Counted from the whole stretch's first letter, positions 47,030 through 60,808 are shown. The stretch is DNA of 63,921 nt, filler included, from Rhabdomonas costata (GCA_019059605.1; 22 parts of 22 records of this genome joined end to end with filler, not necessarily neighbours in it); one strand, 5' to 3'. Notes: generated by a model from the letters alone, not told the origin. Numbers and translations are program-made.

Positions 47030-49394
47030 GTGGGCCCAGAGCGGATCATCTACGCGAACCCGTCGTTCCAGATTTCCCACCTGAAGGGCGCATTGGAGAG
47101 AGGAATCCAGACTGTGGTTTTCGACAGCGAGGCCGGGCTCCTGAAGCTGAAGCAGTACCACCCGCAGGCGCAGACGTTCCTGCGCATTGCCACAGATGAC
47201 TCCAAGAGCCTGTGCCGGCTGGGCACCAAGTTTGGCGCACCCCTGGTACGCGACCTTCCCACACTCACCCGAAACATACGCCAATGGGTTTTACAACCAA
47301 ACACTCACTGTCTCTACCGGGATCAAATCTGAGGCGCTGGCAGGTTGTTAGGACCCCGTTTACTCGTTAACATCGTAAACTCATATTAGGTTTTAGCCCC
47401 TCTATTCATCCCATCTAGGGACCGGAGTGGACCCAGGCAGGAAAAAAGATCGGTATCCCCCACCCGAGTACAGAATTCGCCGGAAATTATTGATACGTCT
47501 TCTATTTTCTTGCTGATTTGTTTTCCGTTCACTATGTCATTTGTGGAGGATGTGGCACTCCCTGTCTGAGTCTCATTTGCTTTGCTTTTTCCGCGGTTGA
47601 CCTGCGAGCATCCGAGGACTTCCGCTTCTTTTTTTTTTCACGCAGGAGGACGTCTCTCGTCTCTTGCATGTTGCCAAGGACCTTGGACTTTCCGTTGTCG
47701 GGCTTAGTTTCCATGTTGGTGTGCGCACTCCCCTTTCCTTTTCACGCTTTATGATTTTTTCGCTCCTGAATTCTGCATTTCGATTTCGATCCCAACACGC
47801 CCACATTACTTCTCCCCTTCTTCCTTCGTGCAAACAGGGAGTGGATGTGGAGATGCTCAAGCCTTTTTTAAGGCAATTCGTGCGGCCCGCTCGGTGTGGG
47901 AGGAAGCCGTACAACTTGGCTTCTCCATGCAGGTTTCCCTCTGACTTTCCACCCGCGGTCATCTCCCCCCCCCCCATCGGTGCGTCTTTAAGCTGGTTTG
48001 CTGATTTTGCATTTTGCGAGAAATTCTCTCCACTATACTCCCTGCTGCCCAAATCCTTCAAGTCCTTCTCATTGCGCGCTCAGCCTTTGTGTGTGAAACA
48101 ATTTTCGCATACAGGGTAGAGAAGAACCCTCACCAAGGAAACCGTGCAAGGTGCGCTGACTGCATGCTTCGCTTCGGGTTGGTAGGAGGCCGGGTGTTGG
48201 GTTCAGGTCTTGGATATTGGGGGCGGCTTCCCTGGCACGGATGCCAGCCCCAGCTTCCCCCAAATCGCTGAGGTGGTGAAGCAGGCCCTGGGCGAGCTCT
48301 TCCCCGGCACCTCGGTGATCGCGGAGCCCGGGCGCTTCTTCGCGGCTGCCTCGCACAGCCTCATCACCACAGGTTCACCGTCGGTCAACGGGAGGGGCCG
48401 CCATCGTCCGTCTTCCGCACCTTTTCACTGTGACGAAAAGAGAGATTCTAGGATCTCGAGTCCGTTTGGTGTCTGTTTTGTATCTGTTAATCATTGTCTG
48501 TTGCTTGTCTGAATGCGGTGGCAGCGAACCTCAGCAAATGATATCCGTAACACATTTTGCTACTTCGGTACTGGTGGCCCAGCCTATCCTTAAAGGTGCT
48601 TGTTCTTTACCGCTCTGCCTCGTTTGCGGCCGCTATTGAGTTGTTCGTTGCTGCGTTTTTCTCTCTCGCAGTGGTCAGCCGTCGCGTGCTGGGCCACGAG
48701 ACCGCGACAGAGGAGGCGGAGGGTCAGAACGGTGAGGACATCGTCGAAGGTTCCTAGCCAGTCCAACGCTGTTCTGTGGCCCAGTGTATTTATCGCTGTT
48801 TATTCTTGCGTCTGTGCTGCGCGTCCCTGACCCACGGACACCTAAACTCTTTCGACAAACAACAAGTGGGCGAGCTCCCCCCACCCCGGCAAGACTGCGG
48901 CTTGCGTTTTTTTTTCAAACAAGCTCGCAGAGCGCAGACTCCTGGCGGTCTGTCGGAAACGAGCCATGGGAGGCGTCTTTCTGGTACTACCAACCCCCCA
49001 CCCCTCCTTTGTTTTCTGCCTTTTCCAGAAGCGGCGAAGCGACAGAAGAGGACTTCCGAGTACCAGTACATCCTCAACGACGGCGTGTACCAGTCCTTTA
49101 ACTGCATTTTCTTCGATCATGCCAAAGTGTGCCCCATCGCAGTTGCTTTCCGTTGCAAGTCGACGCCTTCCTTTTCATATGCATTCCCACACGCCGCCAT
49201 TCTGCCTATTCCATCCGCTCGCCCTCGCGTAGATTTTCCCTTACCCGGTGTACCGTAACGGGGAAAAGCCCTCGGGGCCCCTCCTCTCCTCGACCCTGTT
49301 TGGGCCCACGTGTGATGCCCTGGACTGCCTCGCCAAGGGTATTCCCATGCCAGAGCTCCAGATCGGGGACTACCTATTCTTCCAAAACATGGGG
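47030..49394 (+). CDS. ODC1: Ornithine decarboxylase (partial)
   Basis: Exons 47030-47245, 47646-47718, 47838-47932, 48207-48371, 48671-~48731, 49029-49126 and 49233-49394. Motifs: [55 protein letters not shown]. Confidence 0.95.
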
Positions 49395-49494
49395 NNNNNN
49401 NNNNNNNNNNNNNNNNNNNNNNNNNNNNNNNNNNNNNNTTAATTAATTAANNNNNNNNNNNNNNNNNNNNNNNNNNNNNNNNNNNNNNNNNNNN

Positions 49495-51756
49495 GGTTGG
49501 GGTGCTCCCTGAGCCAGCGGAACAGCCTCAGGGAGCACCTCGAGATCCTGTCTCAGCCTTCGGCGTTCTTCCGTGGGGAAGGGGTAGAAGCTGAAGCCCC
49601 TGCCTGGGTTTCTGGGGGCCCCGCGGAAGATCTGGGCCGCACCGGCCGCCTGCAATACCTCGCCGGGATTCTCCGGACGGATCGGGTGGCGCTGTTTGAG
49701 CGGCTGCTGTACCGCTCCACCCGGGGCAACATGCTGCTGCGCACCAGTCCGTGCAGGGACCTCTACGAGGACCCCGAGACCGGTGACCTGGTGGAGAAGA
49801 CCGTGTTTGTGGTGTTTCTGTCCGCGCAGCGGGCCCGGGACAAGGTCATCCGGCTGTGTGAGAGCGTGCAGGCCCCGCTGTACCCCTACACCATTGACAG
49901 CCCCGCAGAGGCGCAGAACGCGGCGAAGATCCAGGCCCACCTGGAGGACATCGAGATGACAATGACTAACACAGAGGAGCACCGCGTGCGGACCATGATG
50001 AAGATTGCGCAGGAGCTCACCCAGTGGAAGAGAACCGTGATCACGGAGAAGTCTGTGTTTGGGATCCTCAACCTGTTGTCGTTCAAGGGCCAGACGGTGG
50101 TGGCCGAGGGCTGGGCCCCGACAGACCAGCTGGATAGCATCCGCAGCATGCTCCTTGAGGCGGAGCGGACAAGTGGGGCCAGACAGCAGTCCTCGTTTAT
50201 GGAGCGGATCTCTGGGGTGGAGCCGTGCCCGACTCACTTTCGAACCAACAAGTTCACCTCCATCCACCAGGTATGGGTGCGCTTTGGTTGTGTGGACCCA
50301 CCGAATGGACCTTGTTGGGTCCATCGCATCTGGTCCACTGAACTACTGTAATAATTAGATTCGATTTTAGCAAACCTGGAACATCTGGCCGACCGCGATA
50401 AACGCGCAATTGCTGTAACACTGAGAATGCCTTGAGAAGTTGTTTTCCACTGCTGACTGGAACCAAATGAACAGTTGGCATGTCACAGAAAAAACTTGCC
50501 AATGTAACCCCTTTTGTGGTTGGAAATTATTGCTTGCATATGAAGTGCATATGAAGCCACCCTCCTGTGTGTCTATCACTTCAACCTTTTTTTGATTGCA
50601 TGTTCAGAGCTTTGTGGTGTCCTACGGGATAGCCAGGTACAAGGAAATCAATCCCACCACCTTCAGCATTATTACCTTTCCCTTCCTTTTTGGGGTGATG
50701 TACGGAGACATCGGTCACGGGATCTTGCTAACCCTCCTGGCCGTGGTTTTTATCGCGAAGGAGAAGGAGCTGACCAAGATTAACCTGAACGAGATCATCG
50801 AACTGGTTTTTGGGGGGCGCTACGTTTTGCTGCTAATGGGCCTGTTCGCTATTTACCTGGGGTTTCTCTACAACGACTTCTTCGGCATGATGATCGCGCC
50901 CTTTGGGCGGCCCTTCTGGTACTTCCCTGAGAACGGCGCTGATGCAGTAAAGAACTGTGACCCTGGCTACGTAGTCTTTTTCGGGGCAAAGGCTGGCCTT
51001 ACCCGAGGCTGCAAGGTGCAGGGTGGCAGCCCCTACATCTTTGGGGTGGATGCGGACTGGGCCGAGACCGAAAACAAGCTGGAGTTTATGAACGGGCTCA
51101 AGATGAAGATGGCCGTGATCCTGGGGGTCGGGCAGATGATGTGGGGCCTTGTGCTTCAGCTGCTGAACCATCTGTTCTACAAGGAGCACCGCCACATCTG
51201 GTTTGGGCTGATCCCTGAGGTGGTTTTTCTGGGTTGCACCTTTGGCTACATGTGTGTGATGATCGTGATCAAGTGCCTGGTGGACTGGACTGCCCGAATG
51301 AATGAGAAGGCCGATCCTCCCTCCCTGCTGGAGACCATGACGAACTTCTTCCTGTTCCCCCACACCGACCCGGACAAGTACCTCTACGTCAGCGCACCCT
51401 TCCAGAACGGCGTGCAGAGCCTGCTGCTCATCCTCGCGGTCCTTGCCGTGCCGATGATGCTGGTGCCCATCCCTTACCTGGAGTGGAAGCGCCGGAAGGC
51501 TCGCCGCATGGAGGGCTATGGCAGGATCCACGAGGTTCTGGAGAGCATAGAGCTGCACCACGGCTCCTCGGGCACCCAAGAGGGCCCCCCCTCCTCCGGA
51601 GAGGACCACTCCTCTGGGCATGCCTCTGAGGACATGAGTGAGGTGGTGATCAAGCAGGTCATCCACACCATTGAGTACGTCCTGGGGTGCGTGAGCAACA
51701 CGGCGAGCTACCTCAGGCTGTGGGCACTCAGCCTGGCTCACGCCGAGCTCAGCGAG
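49495..51756 (+). CDS. ATP6V0A: V-type proton ATPase V0 subunit a (partial)
   Basis: Exons 49495-50270 and 50608-51756. Motifs: PTHFRTNKFT, YGIARYKEINP, FPFLFGVMYGDIGHG, IHTIEYVLGCVSNTASYLRLWALSLAHAELSEV. Confidence 0.97.
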
Positions 51757-52749
51757 GTGCTTCCTGCAGCGCTTTGCCTGGCCATATGCTTTTTAAAATG
51801 TGCGAAAAAAGCCTTGTTCAGATCAAAACAGGTTGGAAAGCAGGTTGGCTGGAGTAAGTTGCATTGCTCTGAATCTGGTGTGGCAGCTTCGAACAGCTCA
51901 CTCCCACCGTGTCCAAGATTACATCTCCCTTCCAATTCTGATTAGTGGTTGCCCAGGAACAGCTACAACCCATCTCTTTTGCCAACGCTGAAAATCACTT
52001 CTCCTCTTTTTCTCATCTTTTCTGCCTTCTCCAAACCAAGCTTAGTACTGCCTAGTTAAATTCAGACCTTGGTCCGTAGGGTTTCGAATTTAAGTTGCCA
52101 CCGTTTTTGTTAGCATATGCAATCCCTTCACAAGCGCTTGAGGTAACGCAACGGTATCAACCGTCAATGAACAGCGCTGCGTTGCCTGCTATAGTTTATC
52201 TCGTGTCCAAAAATGGCATTGCCCCTGGAGCCTGGATAATTCTCACAACCTACCCCACCCTGGACGATATGCAATATTTTCCATGCCCACCACAAACNNN
52301 NNNNNNNNNNNNNNNNNNNNNNNNNNNNNNNNNNNNNNNNNTTAATTAATTAANNNNNNNNNNNNNNNNNNNNNNNNNNNNNNNNNNNNNNNNNNNNGAC
52401 CTCTGTGATTCCCATCCCATGTCCGCCTGGCTGGTACATGTTTACATATCGCGTGCGTTCTTTGCACTCGATTGTCAGCAACCCTGCACCAGACTTCGGT
52501 CAAAGTTGATGCGGAGTTGAGAAAGAGACAACGGAACTTCTTGGGCTGCGGAAAGGATGCCCTTTCCCCCATCTTACCCCTATTCGGCAAAGAAACGATT
52601 TGAATGGTGATCGGTCGCCCGTATCGCTCAACGTGGTAGGGGACCTTTAGGGCGGAGTGGGAGGTGGGCGGTTAGAGACTCATGCCATCCTTTGCCTTGC
52701 TGACATCCCCCGCAGTTTTCCATCGGTTTTACTGTTTTCCTTGTTTCAG

Positions 52750-55131
52750 GTACTGCCCCGAGGCTTTGGGACTGCAGCCGTGCGAGAACGGGACGTTCCA
52801 GCCCCTTTTGTACCAAAACAACCACAGCGCCTGCCGGCCCTGCCCCACACGGTACTACTGCCCCCGCGAGCACGCGACGAACTACGACGAGTTCGCCTGC
52901 CCGCCGGGATACTATTGCCCCCCGCATGCTACAGGTCTCTGCTCAGATACACAGACACGCACGCACGCATGCACACGCACACCTGCACCCACGCATGAGG
53001 CTGGTACCTGGGGTGTTCCAAAGAAGGCACAAAGGCGGTGTATTGTGGTTGATATCATCACACCGTGCGTGTGCGTGCGTCTGGACAACCTTAGGCACCT
53101 GACACACACAATCAGCTGTGCAATGCCTGCCTTTGTGCATTGTATTTTTGAATCTAACAGAAAAATGCAACCACCTCAAAAGACAAAGTGCAAAAAGCGG
53201 GCTGCACAGTAAAACATCGGCTTCGGGGTTGTGCACAGCAAGACAAAAGCCAAGGAAGGAAATGAGAGATTGTGATGGACAGAGAAACAGTTCCCCGACA
53301 GTCCGATGCACTCACTTTGCCGAGGAAACTGCGTAACTGTACTCATCACCTCGCCGTCACCGCCATTTCCAGCTTTGCAGCACAGTCGGAGAGAGACCAC
53401 CCCAATGCAGGGCCCATGGCCAATAGTTTTCATGGTGTGGCCTGCGCCAGACCTTCTGAAAAGTATGTGGTACGCCCCAACCGCAATCTAATCGTGAAGA
53501 GCACGGTCCCTTCCGCGCGGTGGCCCTCTCGTCCTCCCTTCCCCAGATGTGGTGTTGCGGTGCTATTCCCGTTTACCTTATCGGATACAGAGCCAACGGC
53601 CTGCCCGGAGGGAACCTACCGTCCCTACGGCAATGGCTCCACTGTGGAGGACTGCACCCTTTGCGACTGCGGGTCCTTCTGTCCTCTAGCAGCCCAGGTG
53701 AGTCTCTCCTTCCTTAAGTGTGCGGCTTGAGGGTGCTGAACGCGAAGTGCTGCTAGCAGTGCAGAAAAGAATGGGCAGAAGGCAGAGGCCAGCTCTTTGA
53801 AGCTTTTTGTAGGGACCTGTTTTCACCGCATACCAAAATACATATATGTGGTGGTTTTTGGTGAAGAGCCCTTCTTGTGGGTTTAACCTGAATCCTTCCT
53901 CATGGGTGATCAATTGCCAACCACTTCCTCTGTCTCTGTTTTCCCGCAGCTTCCCACGCCGTGCGGTGAGGGCACCTTCTGCCCCAGTGGCTCGGGCAAC
54001 GCTTCAGTCTGCCAGGGAGGCTACTACTGCCCCCCTCGGTCGTGCAGCCCATCCCCCTGCCCAGTAGGCAGCTACTGCCCGCCTGCCGCGGCGTTCCCGT
54101 TTGCTTGGTATGCTGAGCACACAGGGAAGGCCTCCCCCCTCTCTTATTTGTGTCTGTTTACCAGAGGCTAGCCATCACCAACATTATCACCCACATCCAA
54201 TCCCTTGTTCCTGCGGGTGTTTATTTTACGTTCGCTGCGATTTTGCAAACCCAATCACCCCCGTACTCAACAATGCTTCCCTTTGGTGTGAACAGTGTGA
54301 ATGGCACCTACTGCCCGGCTCGCACGGAGGTGCCCCTGCTGTGCCCGTTGGGCTGGGCCTCCAACAACTCCACGGTGGTGCGGGGTGACCTGGCCGGATC
54401 GTGCGTCATTTGCCCTGCAGGTGTGCCTCATTGGTGGTGGGTATGCGGGTTGTCTGTCGATATTCCTCCCTGAGTACCTATCTCCAGAAGCCAGGAATCT
54501 GCCAGTCAGCAGGATATGTTGTGGGCCGAGGTTCTTCTGTGTTGGGTGGACGCTCTCCAGAGGTGTCAAAGAACCGAATTTATGAAGCGAAATCTGCCCA
54601 GATCTCCCATGTCCCCTCGACCTGCCACTCCATTTTTCATCTTTTACAGTTTTGTATGTCTTCAGTCGGCTTCTCCCTTCTTCAGATGCTACCCCACTCC
54701 TTTCCCACGTGTCTTTCCCCGATCACGGGCCCCCCTCCCCTCCGTCATTCGTCGTTTTGATCGACTCAGATTCAGGTCCTCTCTTTTATGACTACCACTC
54801 TTCATATTCCCAGGGAGATCTTGAACACCACCAGCGTTCCCATGTTTATCTCGTTATAATCTTCTCACACTGACTACTGAGCGTAGTTTCCTAGCAACTG
54901 AGCATGGTTTCCTATGCCCGTGGAACATGCTTACTTTTGGGGAGGAAGAATTCATGTGCGTAGGTTCCCTATCCCTTCACATCACTCCCGTCCTCCTTGC
55001 AGGATACGCGGGCAACCAACCTCTTCGGCTGTACTGCGAGCTCTGTGCCCCGGGGTACGTGTGCCAGTCTGGGGCCTTCACTACCACACCCATCAATGCC
55101 ACCCTGGAGCACGGGTACATCTGCCCTGAAG
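52750..55131 (+). CDS. Cys-rich GCC2/GCC3-repeat protein (partial)
   Basis: Exons at about 52750-52934, 53591-53697, 53950-54107, 54295-54420 and 55003-55131, carrying repeated CPxGxYCP motifs. Confidence 0.88.
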
Positions 55132-56526
55132 GTTATCCAGCTGATCCAGCTGCACCACACCCCCTCCTCCTCCTGCCCTTGTTGCCATCTCCACACCCCC
55201 CACANNNNNNNNNNNNNNNNNNNNNNNNNNNNNNNNNNNNNNNNNNNNTTAATTAATTAANNNNNNNNNNNNNNNNNNNNNNNNNNNNNNNNNNNNNNNN
55301 NNNNTTTTTTGGTGGAGGGGTAGGAGGAGGGAAATCTTCTCTGTTCTGTGAACAAGAATAACGATCATGGGAGTAGTACTCGCCAGAAACCACCTTAGCC
55401 AAGCTCTCTGATGCACAAGGTCGTCAAAACCGTGTCTAGCACGTGGTTGGGAGCGGTCAAGATTGTACAGGAAAATTTTTTTTGTGCCGAAATGGGATGG
55501 CAGGTGCTTTCCATTCCGTGCAGGTGCTTTCCATGTAATTTGTAATCGCTGGGTCTGACTCTGATCCTGACTTCTTGAGTACCTCGGGGAAGCGGGAGGG
55601 CAACCACAATTAAAGAGGCAACTATTCCATCCAAAACCGCAGGCCCGTTTCAAAAACGGAGGGTACTCAATACTTGGGTACCCTCCCACAAAAAATCTAC
55701 TGGGCGCTCTTATAAAGCCCGCTGAGTCGTATGTGAGAGATGGCGTCCCCCCTCCCTCACTTCCTCTGTTCTATGGGACTTTCTGTGCCCCTTTGACTGA
55801 CCGGCTCACGATACTCACGAAAGCCATGCAACTCACACAACTTGCCGAGCACGCATCTCACTCTGCGGTGCTGGAAGCCACAATCCCCTCACGATCTGTC
55901 CAAGCGCACTCTAAAAAGCAGTGCTCTGAAACGCTCACCACGACAGCGTCATTGGAGGGCATCCTGTTTGGTAGGAAAGAGGAAGCAAGACAACAGCCGC
56001 TGGCCAGTGGGATGTGCGTCCTGTTAGTCCTGCAGTGGTGGGAATGGAAAGGCCAAGGCGTCGTGATTGCCCACCCCTTCAGTGTCGGCTCCTGGTGTGG
56101 GGCGCTGCCTCCTCTTTTGCAAAGCACAGAAAAAGCACAAAAACATCCAAACCGCAGGTGGGGCTTCGCTGGACTCAACTTTAAAAGTTCCACTGCGTTG
56201 CAATGCCATTGTAGCTGTTAGCACCCGCCCACCTCCAAGCAATAATCGGATACAATTCAAGAAAAATCTGGGGAAAAAATTGGATCGAGGCGAACCCTGT
56301 CCACCGCCAGGGTGCAGGGCACGCAACGTTTGCAGGGCACAGGTCATTTGATCGCAGGCAAAAACAAACGGTGGTAAAACCAAGTCAGGAGATAAGCAGC
56401 ATCAAAATCACTCAGAAAACAAGACAGAAATGGAGTAGAGTCGGGAACGGTGCAGGACCGCTCGTCCCGCACTACATTAATTAGTACGCTATTCTCATTG
56501 TCGGGCTTGCACGTTGTGATGCTGGG

Positions 56527-56560
56527 CATAAGGATCCATAAGGATTCATAAGGATTCATA
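56527..56560. repeat. 10-bp tandem repeat (CATAAGGATY)x3
   Basis: Read directly from the sequence. Confidence 0.85.
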
Positions 56561-56687
56561 TTAAATCGATCCAGACTAAATCATCTCAAAGACAGCCCTC
56601 TCGGATTATCCGACTCTGAATGAGCGAGAAGGATCCAAAAACGACTCTGCAAGCAGTGTAGTACAATTTGCCCCCATCCCCGTCATC

Positions 56688-57899
56688 TCAGACATGCAGT
56701 GCACTCAAATGGGGGAACAAAGAGGAACCCCCTAACGCCAGAACACTCGCAGCTCCGATGTGGTTTCCTGTCATGCAGAGGGATTTGAGGTTCGAGAAAT
56801 GATGAGACACAGCCAAGGCTTTCATTCCTGAGTCCCCAATGAGGTTTCTGCACACATTCAAGGAAGTAAGGTTAGTAAAGAAAGACGAAGCCGCAAGCGC
56901 CTGGCATCCCGTATCCTTGATCATGTTGTCGCTCACATTTAAGGCGGTGAGCTTTGGGTAAAGGGAAGAACCCGCCAAGGCTGTCATACCAGCATCCCCA
57001 ATCAGGTTTCGGCAACAATTCAACGATGTAAGGTTGTGGAAGAAAGATGAGGCCATGAGCGCTTGAATTCCTGCGTTTCTGATTTGGTTGTCATTTAGCT
57101 TAAGAGCAGAGAGGTTGGGGAAGAAGGGGGAGGCCGCGAGCAATTCCACTTCCGCATCTCCAATCCGGTTGTCACTAAAATCCAAAGACGACAGATTGCG
57201 GAAGGAAGAGCACGCCGCAAATGATCCCATTCCTGCATCCTTAATCCTATTCCCGCTCACACTCAAGGAAGTTAGGTTGGAAAAGAAAGTGGAAGCCCCA
57301 AGCGCTTGCATCCCAGGATTCCTGATCTGGTTGAAGCCCACGTCCAAGGATGTGAGGTTGGGGAAAAAAGAGGATGCGGTAATCGCTTGCATTCCCGCAT
57401 CTCTGATCTCATTGCCTCTGATGTCCAAAAGTTTGAGGTTGCGGAAGAAAGAGGAGGCCGCAAACGCCGCTACTCCTGCCTTCCAAATCTGGTTATAGCT
57501 CACATTCAAGGACGTGAGGTGGGGAAAGGAAGCCGAAGCCGCAAGAGCCTGCAACCCCGGGTTCCCGATTCGGTTCATACCCACGTCCAAGGACGTGAGG
57601 CTGGGGAATGAGAAGGCCACAAACGCGCGCATCCCAGCATCCCCGATCTGACAGCCTCTGACAAACAAAGTGGTCAGGTTGGGGAAAAGAGATGAAGCCG
57701 CAAGCGCTCCTGCGTCGCCCAGGATGACTGGTGGAAGCCGAAGAACGATCTTCCACTTCGGTGCGAGGGCGTTTTCCACCAAACTCCGGAATCTCCGGCA
57801 CACCACTCGCAGGCCCAGCTGCTGCTTTAGCTCCAGGAAGTAAAAGCTATGGACCAAGGTGTCCTCAGGCAGTGTGCACACCATCCACGTCGACTTCAT
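56688..57899 (-). CDS. Intronless F-box + LRR protein (403 aa, ~28-aa repeats)
   Basis: N-terminal LPEDTLVHSFYFL...LRVVCRRFR F-box, then about 12 repeats of the type LAASSFFxNLTSLxVxxNxIGDAGxxAL. Confidence 0.9.
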   Translation of the reverse strand: MKSTWMVCTLPEDTLVHSFYFLELKQQLGLRVVCRRFRSLVENALAPKWKIVLRLPPVILGDAGALAASSLFPNLTTLFVRGCQIGDAGMRAFVAFSFPSLTSLDVGMNRIGNPGLQALAASASFPHLTSLNVSYNQIWKAGVAAFAASSFFRNLKLLDIRGNEIRDAGMQAITASSFFPNLTSLDVGFNQIRNPGMQALGASTFFSNLTSLSVSGNRIKDAGMGSFAACSSFRNLSSLDFSDNRIGDAEVELLAASPFFPNLSALKLNDNQIRNAGIQALMASSFFHNLTSLNCCRNLIGDAGMTALAGSSLYPKLTALNVSDNMIKDTGCQALAASSFFTNLTSLNVCRNLIGDSGMKALAVSHHFSNLKSLCMTGNHIGAASVLALGGSSLFPHLSALHV

Positions 57900-58730
57900 T
57901 GCTTTGCGATTGACACTTTGAGAAGGGGAGCGAGGCCACCGACCAATTTTTCGACAATGCAGAATGAGGATTAGCACTTCAAGGTAAGCAACAAAAAGAA
58001 GAATTAGGACACTAGAAAGCCACCATCCCGCTCACCAGTCACCAGTGGTATGTAATGACGAATCTCGGACGAGGTGCACGGAACTACGAGGGAGAGTTCC
58101 ATGACGCCTANNNNNNNNNNNNNNNNNNNNNNNNNNNNNNNNNNNNNNNNNNNNTTAATTAATTAANNNNNNNNNNNNNNNNNNNNNNNNNNNNNNNNNN
58201 NNNNNNNNNNGTGGTAACAGAAATCCTGGTAACTCTGATTATACATGGTCAATGAAAGCTGAATGAATACAATGCTTTTATAATATAAAGGGGTTTCATA
58301 AACAGCGTTAAGGTGAGACAAATAAAAATACTGCTGGCTGCGGACCAGGACGTTGCTAGGTTTAGACGGGTGGGGAGCCTCAGTATTGGTAATCGTCCGA
58401 GCCTCCACCCCCACCCTCCACGATCACAAACATCCTGCAAGGGAGCGATGCTGGCTTCAAGCCGCAATTGGGGCTTCGACTTGTAAATGCGGTGGCATCC
58501 CGAAGTGGGTGCGCGTGTGTGCAAAAACCGGCAGAAAGAAAAGCTACGGGGTCGACCAAGCCAATCAACAATCCGGGCATTTTTCAAAGCTGCGGCACCA
58601 CGAAACTCCATCATCAAGCCTTCAGTGCGGGAGCGTTTGCGAGTCCCGGGCTCCACGAGGCCCATCGCAAAAATTCCCTCCCTCTTTTCGTTCACAAACC
58701 TCTCAGGAAAGAAAGCACACCTCCCGTGAC

Positions 58731-60808
58731 CATGACTGTGCCACCGAAGACGAACAGCAGGGTAGTGGGCTGATGCAGCACGCAGCTGTGGAACTGCCGC
58801 TGGAAAGCACTGCCTGTTCAGGTGCAGGTGTGATGTAACATAATCAAGAAACCACGTGCATGGGCGATCAAAGGGAAACGCCGACCAAAGTCCGGCACCA
58901 AGCACCAAGCACACGCTGCTAACAGAAACGAAAGAAAGCTTTTTCTTCGAGAACGTGTGTTTCCACCCCTGCGCCCCTGGAGCAGGCAATAACACAAAGG
59001 CATGGTCACGCATCCACGGTGTACAGCGTCAGCGTGGCTACGGAGAAGGGGTTTCGCGGCACACTACATGGAAGGGCGGGAGGGGGTTTTCCACACAACC
59101 GGCAAGGCAAAATCAAAAACTGGCTGTGATTCGTGCGAGACCGGAAAGGGAAGGGAAAACAAGTTACTGAACCATTCGGACTCTCTCTTCCGCTCTCTAA
59201 TCAACTTGTGTATCCTAAGTATCCTAAGTGAACCTTTCTGCGGGCTCCCTCGGTATGAGTTTCGTGTGCATCCAAGGGGCAAACCTGCCCTACCAACCTA
59301 CCTACCTAAAAAGCTAACCAAAGCTGGTAGCTCTGCGTTTAAACTGTGGACAGGCGTTAGCAGCACGCAAGAGTGAAACAGACGGGCGAAGCTATGAAAA
59401 CCTGGCGGAATGCATGCCATAAGCACAGCAACAAATTCTTCCCTCACTTACTCACTCGGCTTTCAAGAAAAAGAAGAAAAAGAAGAGAGGTGGACGCAGC
59501 ATAAAGTAGGGGGCGCGGAGGCAGACCAATGGGAGGAAGCTTGCGCCAGACGGCGGGGTAGACCCCGGCATCCAGCACGAAGCCGTCACTCTGGCAACTA
59601 CCCCGCGGAGGGGCGCTTTTGGAGGCGTCTTTGCCCTCCGCAGCCGACCGGGATGCGCTGGCGAGGTCCACAACCTCACCCTATTACAGACACACGGATC
59701 CAATCAACTGCTTCTCCACCTTTGACCACATTAGAAAATACCGGCCCTTCGAACGTGATTGCTTTCTGGGACCGCAATGGGAAAGCGGCAGCGATTCTAC
59801 GGCACACAGCTCCAACAGTTGAAGGAAAGCCATGGGCGGGTGGCACCGATATCACTTGGAAACACCTGCCACAAAGAATGGAAACCTTAAAGGCTCAAAA
59901 AGGAAAGCAAATTTCACTGTCCACCAATGGAAGCGTTTTCCAGAAATTGTACCCAGAAGACGAGAAAAAAGCTGCTCCCCTCCCCATGCTCTAATAGTCG
60001 AGCGCGGACAAAACAACATAGGAACAACACAGAAAGGGGGAGGGAGGGCGCGTGAGACCCCCAGAACGATCATCTGGTTGGCAAGCATTATCGCGGAGTG
60101 CCCCGCGCAAGGCGGGGGGACATCCCCAATCGCGGCCAGGTGGTGCCATTCCGGGGTGGAGATCGCGAGGTCCAGGGCAAAGGCGCTGTTGCCGTTGGTG
60201 GCAGAGTAGCCCCCTATTGAGATGGATAGGAGGGGGGGGGGGGACGACAGAGCACACAGCGCCTGAAACAGGCACCGAGCAAAAGAAAGCCTTTGAGATG
60301 GATATTATTCCGTGGTTCCGTCCTTCAAGACACAGTGAACCACACGGTCATACGTTCGGGTAATTCTCGCGTTTTTGTTTTAAAGTCCAATAACCAGGCA
60401 ACCCAAACGCCAGAAAGCACTGGGCAGTTTTTTTTCAATGCGACCGATAAGTCCGAGTAAAGTAGGCCCGACCCCCGTAATGCCAATGCAATCGATGCAA
60501 TCCTAACAATGCAATCCACTGCAACTGCCGATCCCATCGGTAACTCACACCTGCAACCCACGGGAGTGGGAAGGGGGTAGAGAGTGGGCAATGATGCGGA
60601 GGGAGGGGGGTCAGGATGCGCGCTGCACCGAAGACAATCATTCGGTCCCCGTAGATGCACGCAGTGTGGTTGGAGAGCGGGGCTGGCACCGCCCCCTCGG
60701 TGACAATAGCCCCGCTCCACCGCGGCGGGCTCACCCCGAGGTCCAGCAGGTGCACGTCCCCCAGCCGCTCGCCGTCGCTCTGCCCCCCGTACACCACCAT
60801 CCGCTGCC
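58731..60808 (-). CDS. Kelch-repeat protein (partial)
   Basis: Exons 60808-60629, 60213-60059, 59680-59527 and 58813-58731 splice in phase. Repeated H-S/T-A..MIVFGG...LDL...P.W. Confidence 0.88.

Noticed and set aside
52613-52645. Hairpin with CTCAACGTGGT resembling the trypanosomatid ingi/L1Tc 77-bp signature (HDV-like ribozyme)
   Set aside because: Only a short match; I could not build the nested pseudoknot.
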